From an uncultured Methanosarcinaceae archaeon (lineage in GTDB: Archaea; Halobacteriota; Methanosarcinia; Methanosarcinales; Methanosarcinaceae): a stretch of 64,000 bases of DNA. Positions 1 through 16,454 of the stretch are shown piece after piece (the stretch's first letter is position 1; every line of letters starts with the position of its first letter). The notes beneath the pieces are model-generated. The model ran no database searches and had not been told where the DNA came from. It saw only the letters and a list, made by a program, of their open reading frames with translations. The stretch lies in contig CAVTET010000001.1 in assembly GCA_963733675.1 (NCBI GenBank), forward strand, positions 800,001 to 864,000. The letters are read 5' to 3'. The position numbers and the translations under genes were made by a program.

Positions 1-589
1 CAATTTTCCTGGTTATCAGATATTTTTATTATGTTATCTTTATCTATGTACATGTTTTCAGGTATTTATATGAATCTCTTTGGTGATATAAATATACAGT
101 AAGAAGTACACCTATACACCTAATCAGTGTTGAGAATCTTTTACTTTATTCATATCATCGATACTTTAACATTTTTTTGCGATGGCATAAAATCATACAT
201 CACCATACTATTTTTAGTTTCTTTTGTTGGATGGCACTACTTGAGATGTTTCTAGTATATATGCTGTATTTGGATTTAAATACACGAGCTGGTTCACTTT
301 TTCAACAAGGTTAATGGATCAAATATTATATTTATGCCTGAAAAAATCATTTTGAATCTTAATAATCATACTTACAAAATTTTTGTTTTTAAGGCCATTA
401 CTCTTTAAAAATTCATAATTGATTATTTATCCGATTTTGAGCCATTTTCTTGTTTAAATTCTATTTCCTTCTTTAAAGTTACATTAAAATAAAAGAACAT
501 CGGTGGATCTAAGAGTCTATAGAACAGATCTTTGCCCTAAAGTTCATGTGTCAATTAATATAATAAATTTTTTTTGTTCAAAAATATAT

Positions 590-885
590 CAAATTTAGAT
601 AAATTCCTATGCAGTTGATTATTGGCTAGTTTAATTATTTTAACAAAAATTTTTACTCATGAAAACTCTACTGAATCTGCTTTTAAAAAACAACGGAAAT
701 TTCTTCAGTCAGTTAGAGGCCAACTTGCTGATAATAGATTAATTACTTCATCAATTGGAAATTTTTTCGTATATTTTTTGGTCCATGTATTCACAAAATC
801 GTTTCCTGAGGAAGTACAGAAATTAGCAAAAAGATTTGGACAGGATTCACACGAAGAAAAAATTTGAGATAAATAGGAATTCTAT
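590..885 (+). mobile_element. Internally deleted IS5-family derivative (left end fused to right end)
   Basis: Matches the start of the IS copy at 4686-5837 up to ~810, then jumps to its right-end sequence (cacgaagaaaaaa...). Confidence 0.65.
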
Positions 886-973
886 GTATATCCTATATTT
901 TCATAGTTCCTTACTTATTAACTGTTTCCTAGAACCGAAATCCTTATTCAAAATCTCGATCTATGGAAAGAGC

Positions 974-1501
974 ATGGAAATACAAAAGGAAATCCAGATA
1001 ATTTGCGGAACTTTACGTATCCAGAATCTTCCCAGCTTTCTAAAAGCAGTAAATTCAATAGCTTCCGAAAATGAAGTTATTATCCAGGGATTGAATGCAG
1101 ATCTGTTCGCAGGCGAAAGACATTTAAATTTTGCTGTAGGAAAAGCTCTCAGGGCAATAAATGCAGGAAGAAATATCGCAAAAAATCCCGGAATCGAGAT
1201 TATGAGATACGCAGCTGGAGAAAGGCAAATTGATAGAAGTTTTTCTATCGGATTGTGTGAAGGAAAAAACAATGCCGTTTTCGTATTGCTTGGGGAAATG
1301 GACCATTTGATTTTGGCGTCCTCTGCCATTAGAAAAATGATTGAAGAAAAGCCCTGTTCTGAATTACTTGCATATTCAGATTCCAAAAAAAGAGGGATCC
1401 TTTCACTATTCGAAATAACAAATGCGGAAATTGAAGCATCAGGGGAAGAATCCATTCCTGAACTAGTGACCGAGAGGGTGGCATTAGCAGATTTCTTATA
1501 A
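974..1501 (+). CDS. cgi121: KEOPS complex subunit Cgi121
   Basis: QGLNADLFAGERHLNFAV...EIMRYAAGERQI...ERVAL motifs; ATG at 974 preferred over the upstream TTG inside the IS relic. Confidence 0.9.
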   Translation: MEIQKEIQIICGTLRIQNLPSFLKAVNSIASENEVIIQGLNADLFAGERHLNFAVGKALRAINAGRNIAKNPGIEIMRYAAGERQIDRSFSIGLCEGKNNAVFVLLGEMDHLILASSAIRKMIEEKPCSELLAYSDSKKRGILSLFEITNAEIEASGEESIPELVTERVALADFL

Positions 1502-1769
1502 TGAAAAGAATGTCAAAATTATACCCATAATTGATCTTCAATTTTTTTTCTTTAAAAAATTTCATTATTTCACAGATGGCTTAGATGCTCAATAGAATTC
1601 CACCATTTATCAAGATTCTTAAAGAAAAGTAATGGCAACTATACAGCCTTAATAAACACTTTCAATAGCTATATCTACTGTGATTGATAATCAAATTTAT
1701 GTGAGCTGACAACAATAATTATCGGCTATTGATTATGTTTTTTATTTTTCCATCAGTTAGTGATCCGAA

Positions 1770-2395
1770 GGCTCTGTTTCATAACAAAAGAGGACGAGAC
1801 GAAATCTGGAAAAAAGGATTATAAGTCACGCTTTAGATATGAACTTCATTTTCTCGAGGTTTAGCCTTTTTGGCATTCCAGGATCTAAATGGATAAAAGT
1901 ATCTCCTTAATCACTCAACTTTTTATTTTTAAACAAAGGCAATCAAGTTGGCTTTGCAACTGGTCCCATTATTTCTTCTTCTATGCAGTTATCGAGAATT
2001 CTCTTTCTGAATGACTAGACTGCTGTACTATGTGATATATATTCAGGAAAACCAAGAAATTTCCTAAAAAAAATTCAATCAATACTTTGTTTCTCAAGTT
2101 CAAAGCCGTAAAACCATGCTATTGCTGTAGAACAAGCATTATTACACATAGTTATGACATCAGCTTCGGTTCTGCATTAGAAAAATGTTTTGTTAAAATA
2201 TATGGGCCATAAATTATACTAAAAAATTTCCAATTGATGAAGTAATTAATCTATTAATCAGCAGTTTTGTCTCTAATTGACTGAATAAATTTCCGTTATT
2301 TTTTAAAAGCAGATTCAGTAGAGTTTCATGAGTAAAAATTTTTGTTAAAATAAGTAAACTAGCCAATGCCCAAATACATCGAAATTTATCGAGAT
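1770..2395 (-). mobile_element. Degenerate IS5-family transposase fragment (5' half)
   Basis: 1853-2368 is the near-exact reverse complement of 4715-5229; multiple stops. Confidence 0.8.
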
Positions 2396-2536
2396 CCTCA
2401 ACAGATATTGTATTTACTAATCTGAATTATGTTATGTTTCCTATCCCAAAATACCATGTTTGGACTTATGTTTTCGACAATTCTTTGTTTAAGGTTATTG
2501 GTTTCTTAGTTTGATTGTGTAAGTCATACGAAGTGT

Positions 2537-3799
2537 TCATTTATTTTTTACTGTGATATAATTAGACACTGGTTTATCATTGCTACCATCAACATTTTTT
2601 ACCTTTAAGCTAACCTTGTGCCTTCCGACTTTACTGTATTTATGTACGGAGTTCTGGCTTTTAGAAATATTTCCATCTTCAAATTCCCAAGACCATGAAT
2701 TAGGTGATTCAGTACTTTTATTATTAAATCTTGCTGTCAATGGCGCTTTTCCAAATATAGGAGATTCAGAGAATACAGCAATAGGAAGTACTGGTTTTGC
2801 TGAAAAATGACCTATAAATTGCCCGAGTGCTATAGGACTTTCACCTACATTCACCGTGGCAGTAACTTTGCTTGTTACTGCGTCAATTATGGAAACACTA
2901 TTGCTGCCGCCGCTTGTTTACAACATAAACTTTTGTTCCATCCTGGGTGATCGCAACTCCAATAGGTTGGAATCCTACATTCACCATAGCTGTAACGTTG
3001 TTAGTTGCAGTATCAATTACATAGACCTTATTAGCATACTCATTCGACAGATATACTTTTGTTCCATCTGGATTGACTGCAATTCCATTAGCTCCAGTTT
3101 CAACAATCACTGTGGAAGTAACTGTGTTTGTGGTTGTGTCAATTACAGAAACAGATTTGCTGCCCATGTTTGTTACATATACTTTTGTTCCTTTCGGGTT
3201 GACTGCTATTCCACTAGGATAATTTTCTACATTCACCGTGGCAGTAACTGTGTTTGTGGCTGTGTCGATTACAGAGACATTGTTACTAACCAAATTTGTC
3301 ACGTATGCTCTCGTTCCATCTGGACTAACTGCAATCGCTTGAGGATAACTTCCTACAGGCACCGTGGCTATCACAGTGTTAGTCATAGTGTTAATTACAG
3401 AGACAGTATTGCTGATAATGTTTGTTACATACACCTTCGTTCCAGCTGGGTTGATTGCAACTCCAAAAGGTTCGGATTCTACATCCATTGTTGATGTAAC
3501 CCTTTTCTTGGTAGTATCAATTATAGAAACGTTGTTGCTACCTGCGTTCGTCACATATACCTTTTTTCCATCTGGCGTGACTGCAACTCCACAAGGTATA
3601 TCACCAACATTCGCTATGGATGTAACTTTGTTTATAGCTATGTCAATTGCAGAGACAGTATTGCTGCCCGAGTTCGTAATATATGCATATGGCTCTACGC
3701 CTACGATACTCACCATGATTAAAAGAGCCAGAATAGTAATTCCTAAGGCTTTTAAGAGTGTGTGCCCTCTACTTGCTTTATTATTTGCTACTTGCTCAT
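2537..3799 (-). pseudogene. YVTN beta-propeller + C-terminal PKD surface protein, frameshifted
   Basis: YVTN repeats (GTKVYVTN...SVSVID) in ORF 2898-3716; PKD motif (SWSWEFEDG...HKYSKVG) in ORF 2537-2854; frameshifts near 2900 and just after the ATG at 3799. Confidence 0.85.
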
Positions 3800-4685
3800 A
3801 TCCAGCCTCTAGATTTGGATTTAGATATTAATAATGAAGATCGTTACAAAAATACAAATGGATAATACTTCATTCTACAAAGTAAACGTTTCTACTTAAG
3901 AAATATATTTTTTGAGTTATCTAAATAGTTATTATATTGAATTTAATTATCAAACTTATAAAAATCTTAATAATATCCTCATGACAACAGCATTTTAACT
4001 TGCAAAACAGGCGTTCTGAAAAAAATTTAACTCTAAGGCGGGGAGCCCCCTTTCTCGGAGGGCATCAACACGACAGAGAAGGTGAGTTAACTTCACAAAT
4101 TAAAATTGTAATTCATTAAAGCAGGAGCTATAGCTGAATTAGATAATCTCCAAAATTTAATTATATGTTTATAATTTGTGTATATATATTACTCGTAAAA
4201 ATCAGAAATTTATCAAAATTTTCTTAAATTTATTATATAGATATATTATATTTAGCATAGTTTTGAGATATATATCATTACAAAAATTTATTTTTGTAAA
4301 ATCTTGGGATCTAAATATCCTGACATTTCCAATGAAGGTACACCCCATACATTGTTAGCATGTATACGTTCCTTCAAATACCAGTAATTGGATTTGCTGG
4401 AGTTCCTAATAAATAATCTCATTAGGTTATAACTTTCCCTCAATTGTTCACAGGAAAAAGTTTTATCCACACATCTATAATTCTATTTTTTTGTGCTTGA
4501 CTCACGAAATTCATATTGTGGAGTTATAAAGTAGAAATTATAGATCTTTTCCAGAAAACAATTTTGGGCTTTTTTAAAATGAGATCTTATGATTTATAAA
4601 CTCCCAAATAAAGCACCCTACAGCTTTCTGAGTTGGTGGAAACTCTCCAGAGAACCTTTATTAACCAACTGAGATGTATTTTAGA

Positions 4686-5837
4686 TAATTTCGATAACCT
4701 CTATGTATTTTGAGCATTGGCTAGTTTACTTATTTTAACAAAAATTTTTACTCATGAAAACTCTACTGAATCTGCTTTTAAAAAATAACGGAAATTTATT
4801 CAGTCAATTAGAGACAAAACTGCTGATTAATAGATTAATTACTTCATCAATTGGAAATTTTTTAGTATAATTTATGGCCCATATATTTTAACAAAACATT
4901 TTTCTAATGCAGAACCGAAGCTGATGTCATAACTATGTGTAATAATGCTTGTTCTACAGCAATAGCATGGTTTTACGGCTTTGAACTTGAGAAACAAAGT
5001 ATTGATTGAATTTTTTTAGGAAATTTCTTGGTTTTCCTGAATATATATCACATAGTACAGCAGTCTAGTCATTCAGAAAGAGAATTCTCGATAACTGCAT
5101 AGAAGAAGAAATAATGGGACCAGTTGCAAAGCCAACTTGATTGCCTTTGTTTAAAAATAAAAAGTTGAGTGATTAAGGAGATACTTTTATCCATTTAGAT
5201 CCTGGAATGCCAAAAAGGCTAAACCTCGAAAAAATAAAGAAAAAACAAGGAGACTCAGAGATGGAACATGGACAAAAAAGGGTAGTAAGTCACACTTTGG
5301 ATATAAAGTTCATAGAATAATAGCTAAAAATTATGAGCTGATCCGAAGGTTCAAAACAACGATAGCATCACTTCATGATTCGTATGTAAATTTCTCAGAA
5401 AAAAATTAAGTTGTTTATAGATACAGAGAATACTTTTGAACAAAATCAAAAGATTATAATTCAACAATGAAACGAGCAGTAAAAGAACTTCTTCTGGAAA
5501 TAAGAGATATATTAAGAAACAAGAGAATCAGCTCAAAAAAAGTCACATGTGAACGAGTTTATGCAGTGACTAAAAAGATATTCAAAGCAGGACAAGTTCT
5601 TGTAACTATTATCCAATGAGTGAATCTAAGGATGTTATGTACGCTTTTTGTTATAATTTTTATCAATTGAGGACATTAAGAATAAAAGGAGTGTTTTAAG
5701 GATACTGGAAGCTATCTTCAAAATCAAAGAATAATTAATAGGAAAAGAAAAAATCTGATCAAATACAGAAATTCGCGGGAAAGATTTAAACATGATTCTC
5801 ACGAAGAAAAAAACTTAGAGGTAAATCGGAATCCTCT
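4686..5837 (+). mobile_element. Near full-length degenerate IS5-family element
   Basis: Ends aatttcgataa / atcggaatcctct; broken frames still read as transposase segments (SHFGYKVH, RFKTT, ERVYAVTK). Confidence 0.8.
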
Positions 5838-5999
5838 ATATTTATACGTGATAAATTTCGCATGTATATATCTACACGAAGCGAATTTGTGAGCATCAGG
5901 CTCTCTATCTATATTAAAACATCAAAACCTTATGAATTTTAAATTGAACAAATGTTATCTTATGTTCTGGGCCGAAGTGCTTGAAAAAACACCTATTGG

Positions 6000-6015
6000 G
6001 AAAGTTATATATACT
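6000..6015 (+). promoter_or_regulatory. Putative rRNA operon BRE/TATA promoter
   Basis: gaaagttatatata about 250 nt upstream of the 16S gene. Confidence 0.5.
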
Positions 6016-6256
6016 GGGAGCATATTCTATGATTCCCCAACACATAGTAATTGTGTGGGGTGAAGTACAAATCTCTTTCATCTTTTAATGGAGTCAGGAG
6101 TTTTTTCCTGTCTGACGAGGATTTTGTCGGTTCGGTTAATTCTGGTTGGTAGTTGTTTTACAAAAACATCTATCGCAAAACTGAAAATAACTGAATTGAT
6201 AGTTGTTAGTGCAAGTTTCTGCGACCAAAAACTTTAAGTGTGTGATATTATTGACA

Positions 6257-7734
<1,478 letters not shown>

Positions 7735-7836
7735 AAGCAATAAACACGCCAACCAGATGCCGATAAATCGACAAAACCTCAAAAAAGAAGTATAATATGA
7801 GAAGTCTGTCATAAAGTACTTTTCTCTATTTACTTA

Positions 7837-7909
7837 GGGCTTGTAGATCAGTTGGAAGATCGCTGCCTTTGCAAGGCAGAGGCCCTGGGTTCGAATCCCA
7901 GCAAGTCCA
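7837..7909 (+). tRNA. tRNA-Ala(TGC)
   Basis: Cloverleaf gggcttg...caagtcca, anticodon loop tttgcaa, ggttcgaatcc T-arm, located in the 16S-23S spacer. Confidence 0.97.
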
Positions 7910-8033
7910 TTTTTATGCACCTGATAATTTAATTATCAGGGAAGGACTGATTACCTGCTTGGCAGGTAAATGAAGTCATGTATAAGATACTGTATACTGG
8001 ACGCTTACTGGACCTGGTTAGGTGTAACAGGAA

Positions 8034-10922
<2,889 letters not shown>

Positions 10923-11007
10923 TCACCATACCAGGTCTAGGCGAAATTCAGTATGCAGTATTTCTATACATGACTCATTTTGTCTTTATAAAAAATCCTA
11001 TTGTAGG

Positions 11008-11133
11008 AGTATGGCGGCCATAGCGGCAGGGTAACTCCTGTACCCATCCCGAACACAGAAGATAAGCCTGTCCACGTTCCTTATTGTACTGAAGTGCGCG
11101 AGCCTTCGGGAACTCTGGATAGTTGCCATATTC
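11008..11133 (+). rRNA. rrf: 5S rRNA
   Basis: tggcggccatagcggc...cccatcccgaacacagaagataag...ttgcca. Confidence 0.95.
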
Positions 11134-11699
11134 ACTCTTTACTATAAAAATTTAAAATGTATTTATGATATGATTATTGGTATTGAAATTTTATAGTGGA
11201 AAATAGATCATTTTGTACTTATGGAAGTAAATATGTGAGTCTTACACTAATTAATCAGTTATTAATCAGTTATTTCTTAATTGCATTTAAGATCATACTT
11301 TACTGTTCTTACTAATTTTTTCTCGTTATAAATTTTATTTGTATTAGATGATGGGATATTTTATTTGTAAATATATATTCTTTAGAAATTTATATATTTA
11401 AGCTTTAAGGTATTTGGGTGTTTTTTGTCTTGCTCGATTACCTAGCAGCTTGCTTGGATATGGTAATTTTTCGGAGAGTTTTTATTAATTAGCCGATTTA
11501 GATTTTAATTCAACCTTATCAATATTATAAATTTATAAAGTATTTTGTCCTAAAAAACGTGTTTTCCGACAAAATATTTCGGACAAAATATAACAAATCT
11601 TATAAAAAGATCATGAAATATAATTTTTTTATCTTATGAGGAACTTGGGAGCATGAAGCTCTTTATGTCTACTAAAATTCTTTTTGGTCAAAGATGTGT

Positions 11700-12790
11700 T
11701 ACTAAGCTGTTAGTGTCATAAAATGGGATTACTGCTTCTAAATCATTTTTTCTGGTTCATTATTCCTTGATTTTAAAGATAGCTTCATCTATCGTTAGAA
11801 TACTCCATTTATTTCCAATGTCCCCAAATGATAGGGATTATACCAAAAAGCTGTCCAAAATATCTTCAAATTTACTATTTGAACATTCGGGACATGAACT
11901 TTTCCTGCTTTGAGTAACTTTTTAGTTACTGCTAAACTCGTTTCCTTGGAGCTTTTTGAAATGATTCTTTTGTTTCTCAATTTATCACTCATTACCAGAT
12001 GATGTTTTCTATTGATCTTTTCATTGTTTTATCAAGACTTTTCGATTTGCCCCAAAGTATCTTCTGCCCTCTAAACAACTTCATTTTTTTAAGATAAATC
12101 TATATCTGAATCATGAAGTGATGTAGTTGTTTTTTTAAATCTTCCGTCAGTTAATAATCTCTGTACACTTAGCTGTGAATTTATATCCAAAGTATAACTT
12201 ATTACTATTTTTTCTTCAGATTCCATCTCTGTTTCTCATTGTTTTTGCTTCGTTTTCTCGATATTTATCCTATTTTGCATGGCAGGATATTAATGTATAA
12301 TGTAGCTCTCAGAATCTTTTTTTATATTCAAACCAAGGCAATTAATTGCCTTTGAACTGTCATCAGATTTCTTATTCTTTGAAGTTATCAACAATTTCTT
12401 TCTACTGATCAAACTGTGCTAATGTCTGGTATGTACTCAGCAAAAACAAAAAATTTCCTGAAATAAATTCGATCAATACTTTGTTTCTCAAGTACAAAGT
12501 AAGAAAGACCATTCCATTGCTGTAATCAAGAATTTTCGAAATAATGATTACTTCAGCTTTAGGTCTTTCTCTGGGAACGGTTTTGTTAAAATCTGTTAAT
12601 TCAAAAATGATACGAGAATATTGCTAATCAATTAAGGAATAAGTTTCAGCCTTTATGTCTCCTACTAACTGAAGATGTTTGTATTAACTCTTTGAAAGCA
12701 AAATCAGCAAACGTTTTCGCATGGAAAATTATTGTTAAGTATTTTAACTCTCCAATACTTAAACGCAAAGATATTTTTGAAATTTTCCTT
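11700..12790 (-). mobile_element. Degenerate IS5-family element
   Basis: Minus strand homologous to 4686-5837 (ORF 11795-11992 LRNKRII...KAGKV...). Confidence 0.75.
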
Positions 12791-12988
12791 AGTAGTAAAT
12801 AGAGGTATGCTACTCTAAATCCATTTTTTTCTATTTTTTTGAAGTATTAATTTTTCATTGATTGACATTATTCGAATTAGCATTGTCGAGATCTTCGTAA
12901 AATATTTCAAGATTTTTTTGTAAAATTATAATTTAGTTAATTTATTCTCAGCTATAGTGGCTTTATTTATGTTTTTATTTTCTAAGTC

Positions 12989-13510
12989 TCATTCGATTTT
13001 TTTAAGCGCGAGTTCGATGGCATCTAGAAGGCTGTCTTTCGGGATGATGGTTGTAACAGGGATGTTAATAATTTTTTCTACAGTTGGGCTTACTATTGGA
13101 GCACATACCAGGGCCTTTGCTCCATCTCTTTCAGCGTTAACAGCTGCTATTATTGCTTCTTCCATTGAGGTTGCTGAATATTCCCTTATTGTGACCAGCC
13201 TGCCAGCTATTTTTTTCTTAGTTTCTACGATATTATCAAGCACTGAGCGAGCTGCAATTACTGCTATAAAATCCCCACTGTCCGATTCTGTGATATCGCG
13301 GATTGTTTTCACTATCTGACGGAGGGTTTTGATATTTGGATCTCGATTACCTGATAATATTTTATAGAGTGTACTCGGGGGGATATTTGCTTTTTTGGCA
13401 AAATCTACGGCAGTTAGGTTAAGGTCCTCCTTAATTACAATCGAAAATGTTTTTTGAAATACATCATCGGATTCGAAAGCTGATTTGATAACTTTATCTG
13501 CAGCATTCAT
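12989..13510 (-). CDS. XRE/Cro-type HTH transcriptional regulator
   Basis: HTH DFAKKANIPPSTLYKILSGNRDPNIKTL; ATG at 13510 (MNAADK); divergent from the ABC transporter cluster. Confidence 0.85.
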   Translation of the reverse strand: MNAADKVIKSAFESDDVFQKTFSIVIKEDLNLTAVDFAKKANIPPSTLYKILSGNRDPNIKTLRQIVKTIRDITESDSGDFIAVIAARSVLDNIVETKKKIAGRLVTIREYSATSMEEAIIAAVNAERDGAKALVCAPIVSPTVEKIINIPVTTIIPKDSLLDAIELALKKIE

Positions 13511-14004
13511 GATATTCAACCTCTGAAATCCTGTAAAGACTTTCAATAGGTATAAATATTTTGCACCTAAAGAGATTTTGGACCAGATGAAAATATATCC
13601 AGATATATTAATAAATTTGGTATATAGTGATATTTTCCGAATTTTTTCAAGTGCAAAATTGTTCATATATGGGATATGAATAAAATTATATATACTTTAA
13701 TTATTCAGCTTGGGGAAAACAATGCCAATAACTACATTTACTAAAATTAAATTCTTTAATTTCGGTGTGTTTATCTTTAGATTTGTCAATTATTGATCAT
13801 TTTTTACCATCAATCAGTAATAAGAAGTACATGTTGCGTCAAAAAATAGCTACCAATTGATTTTATGTAGTGTGAATAGTTACCTATCGAGAACTAATAT
13901 TGAACAAATAAGCAAGCAAATTTTACATATCTATTAACTTATAGAATGTCAAATATGGTGGACTAGTTTTGAGGCTTAGATTTTATTCCGGTCGAATATC
14001 ATTA

Positions 14005-14560
14005 GCTTGCTGAGGTGGTGTAAACTCTCCAAAAAACAGTTATTTAACTAACTTACATATATTTCAAATTACCTTGAACTATAATATATAACTATGTCAT
14101 TCAAAGCTTCGTATTCATAAATATCAGATATCACATGTTTTTTGTATGAAGTATCAAAAATTTATCTTAGAAAATGACTTTATTAACTCTTTAAAATATC
14201 TATGCTCTGAAATTGGTAAAAGATCTTCTTTTGAGTTGATACGATCTGTAATGATAGTTTTCAGGTACATTTTTTTGTTGTCGGACCTAAATCTTCATCT
14301 TTAAGAGTAATGCTAAATTTTAAAAGTATCATGATAAATAAATTTTAACTAATTCGCGAAGTTTGGAAAAAAGTTTTAGTGTGGAAACTATAGTGTAATT
14401 GAGATTGCATTGGAGCCGTGGATATGGGAGCGCTTCAGTGTAATTTAAAACTATGTCAAATATTAGGGAAACAAGTCACTAAATGAATATAAGCAAGTTA
14501 GAGTTTTAATCATGAATGTATTCCTTTAATATCCTGTGCTTTGCTGCGGGCATATCCCGT
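14005..14560 (+). mobile_element. IS200/IS605 TnpA (Y1 transposase) relic
   Basis: Homologous to 23045-23480 and 28290-28730. Confidence 0.6.
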
Positions 14561-14786
14561 TGCTTCACCCTTGTTGAGCCACCAAAAGTTTGATTCTCAC
14601 TTAATTTTTTGATAAATAAGTACATGGATTAGTAGAAAGATTCTTCGAACAAGTGACAAAGGGTGGAAGTAAGAGCAAATGTATTTTTTTGAAAAAATCC
14701 TTATTCAGAGGGTATTGTTTAGATAGTTTCGGAAGATATTGTTAGGCTAGGAGAGGTTACACGTTATGAATATTATCATTATTTAT

Positions 14787-14877
14787 AGAGGATTTCGATA
14801 ACCCCTTCATTTCAGCGAATTGTTTATATAGGCTCTATAAGCAACCAGCCAAAAATTGTGGTCTATCAAAATTCTCT
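14787..14877. mobile_element. ~90-bp MITE with IS5-like terminal inverted repeats
   Basis: agaggatttcgataa...tatcaaaattctct; related copies at 20730, 25489 and 28424. Confidence 0.65.
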
Positions 14878-15664
14878 TAATTCTTTTTCTAAGGCACTAA
14901 TAGAAGTTTACAGGTACTAAGTATAAAGGTAATCAAGTTTTAATTGACTTAAAATCGTTGCCTATTATCCAGGACTAATTCAAGATACCCTGTTGAGAAA
15001 ATAGCTCAAGGAAAACTGACTCCTCTGAGATGAATATGCCACTCTTTGGAATGGCTGCAGCATGAGATAACACAGCGCTATTTCATCCAACAATGTAGAG
15101 ACATTCTTCCTACAGCCTTCCTTTTCCGAAAAAGTATGGTAAAGGAAGGTGATGACGCATCATCGTACAATCTAGGCATATGGGGGTAGAGCACATATGA
15201 TGTGGCCTTTCGATGAGCGGAAAACTTGTGGGAGATCATCTGGATATTGTGGAGCAGATTGTAAAGATGTATATTAATGCAATTTAATGTACCAAAGTGC
15301 ACGTGTCTGAGGTGGTCAGGTTTTTTTAAAGAAAACTTCAAATAATCTTAAAACTGTGAGGATGTCTCTTAAAGAATGGTATATAAATGGATTACAGATC
15401 AGTCACGAATTGAAAATTCAATTGCATGTTCCTGAAATGTTCTTTATGAACTTAATTAAAATCAGAAACCTCTGACAAAAGAATATATCTTTGATACGAG
15501 TTTCTATTAGAAAGCTATCATCATGAAACGATACAGAAAATTTAATAAATGAAGATAAAATATGGTGATCAAATGCTACTGATTTTCTAAGGAGTGATTT
15601 GAATTTTTTTATAAAAATGAAGTCTGCCGGAAAGATAAAAAAGTAAGACTTCTTTTGATTAGAC

Positions 15665-16453
15665 ATGAAAAGTAGTTTCATCAAAATAATAAAAGAAAAC
15701 GGTATTGAAGCATTGTCTCTTATAATTGTAGTCCTGATTTGGCAGCTTGTAGCTGATAGGATTATACAGAATAATTTTCTTCTTCCGAGTTTTTATGATG
15801 TAATAACTTCTTTCTTTGCCCTTGTCAAAAACGGGCTAGTTTTTATGGATATATTCATAAGTTTACTTCACTTTTCATTAGGGATTATTGCAGCACTTAT
15901 AATCGGAATTCCCTTAGGAATATCAATGGGATGGTTCAAAAAAGTAAACAGAGTAGTGGACCCTGTAATCGAAATATTGCGGCCGATTCCCCCGCTTGCC
16001 TGGATTCCATTTGCAATTGTATGGTTTGGACTTACACATCAGGCTGCAGGTTTTGTTGTGTTTGTAGGAATGGTATTTCCAATTGTTATCAATACTTACA
16101 CAGGTTTCAAAAACGTACCGAAAGTTAATGTTGAGGCAGCAAAGGTTCTTGGATGCACCCAAAATGTAAAACTCATACGCTTTATTGCTATCCCTTCAGC
16201 TATGCCTTCAATCGCTGCGGGTATCAGAATTGCTATGGGAGTAGGCTGGATGTGCCTTGTTGCTGCAGAAATGTTCGGAGCCAGCGACAGGGGACTTGGG
16301 TATCAGCTCTGGTTTAATTATTACCTTCATAGGATGAATTTTGTGGTAGTGTATATGCTCCTCCTGGGATTCATGGGGCTTTTTATCGATCACTTTTTCA
16401 GATATTACGTGGATGCAAAATTACTAAAATGGACGGCAGGAACTGTGGTGTAA
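15665..16453 (+). CDS. NitT/TauT (SsuC-like) ABC transporter permease
   Basis: LRPIPPLAWIP, EAAKVLG (EAA loop), LVAAEM. Confidence 0.93.
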   Translation: MKSSFIKIIKENGIEALSLIIVVLIWQLVADRIIQNNFLLPSFYDVITSFFALVKNGLVFMDIFISLLHFSLGIIAALIIGIPLGISMGWFKKVNRVVDPVIEILRPIPPLAWIPFAIVWFGLTHQAAGFVVFVGMVFPIVINTYTGFKNVPKVNVEAAKVLGCTQNVKLIRFIAIPSAMPSIAAGIRIAMGVGWMCLVAAEMFGASDRGLGYQLWFNYYLHRMNFVVVYMLLLGFMGLFIDHFFRYYVDAKLLKWTAGTVV

Positions 16454-16454
16454 A

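Larger units (their letters stand above)
13830..15525 (+). pseudogene. Eroded NitT/TauT-family ABC substrate-binding protein, split by an IS200 relic and a MITE
   Basis: Broken frames read IQDTLLRK, SGKLVGDHLDIVEQIVK, WITDQSRIENS, KPLTKEYIFDTSFY*KAI, resembling NMT1/SsuA-like binding proteins; directly upstream of the permease. 5' boundary uncertain. Confidence 0.65.

Noticed and set aside
2856-3831. Long plus-strand ORFs over the YVTN gene (also 40210-41082)
   Set aside because: Antisense shadows of repetitive beta-propeller coding sequence.
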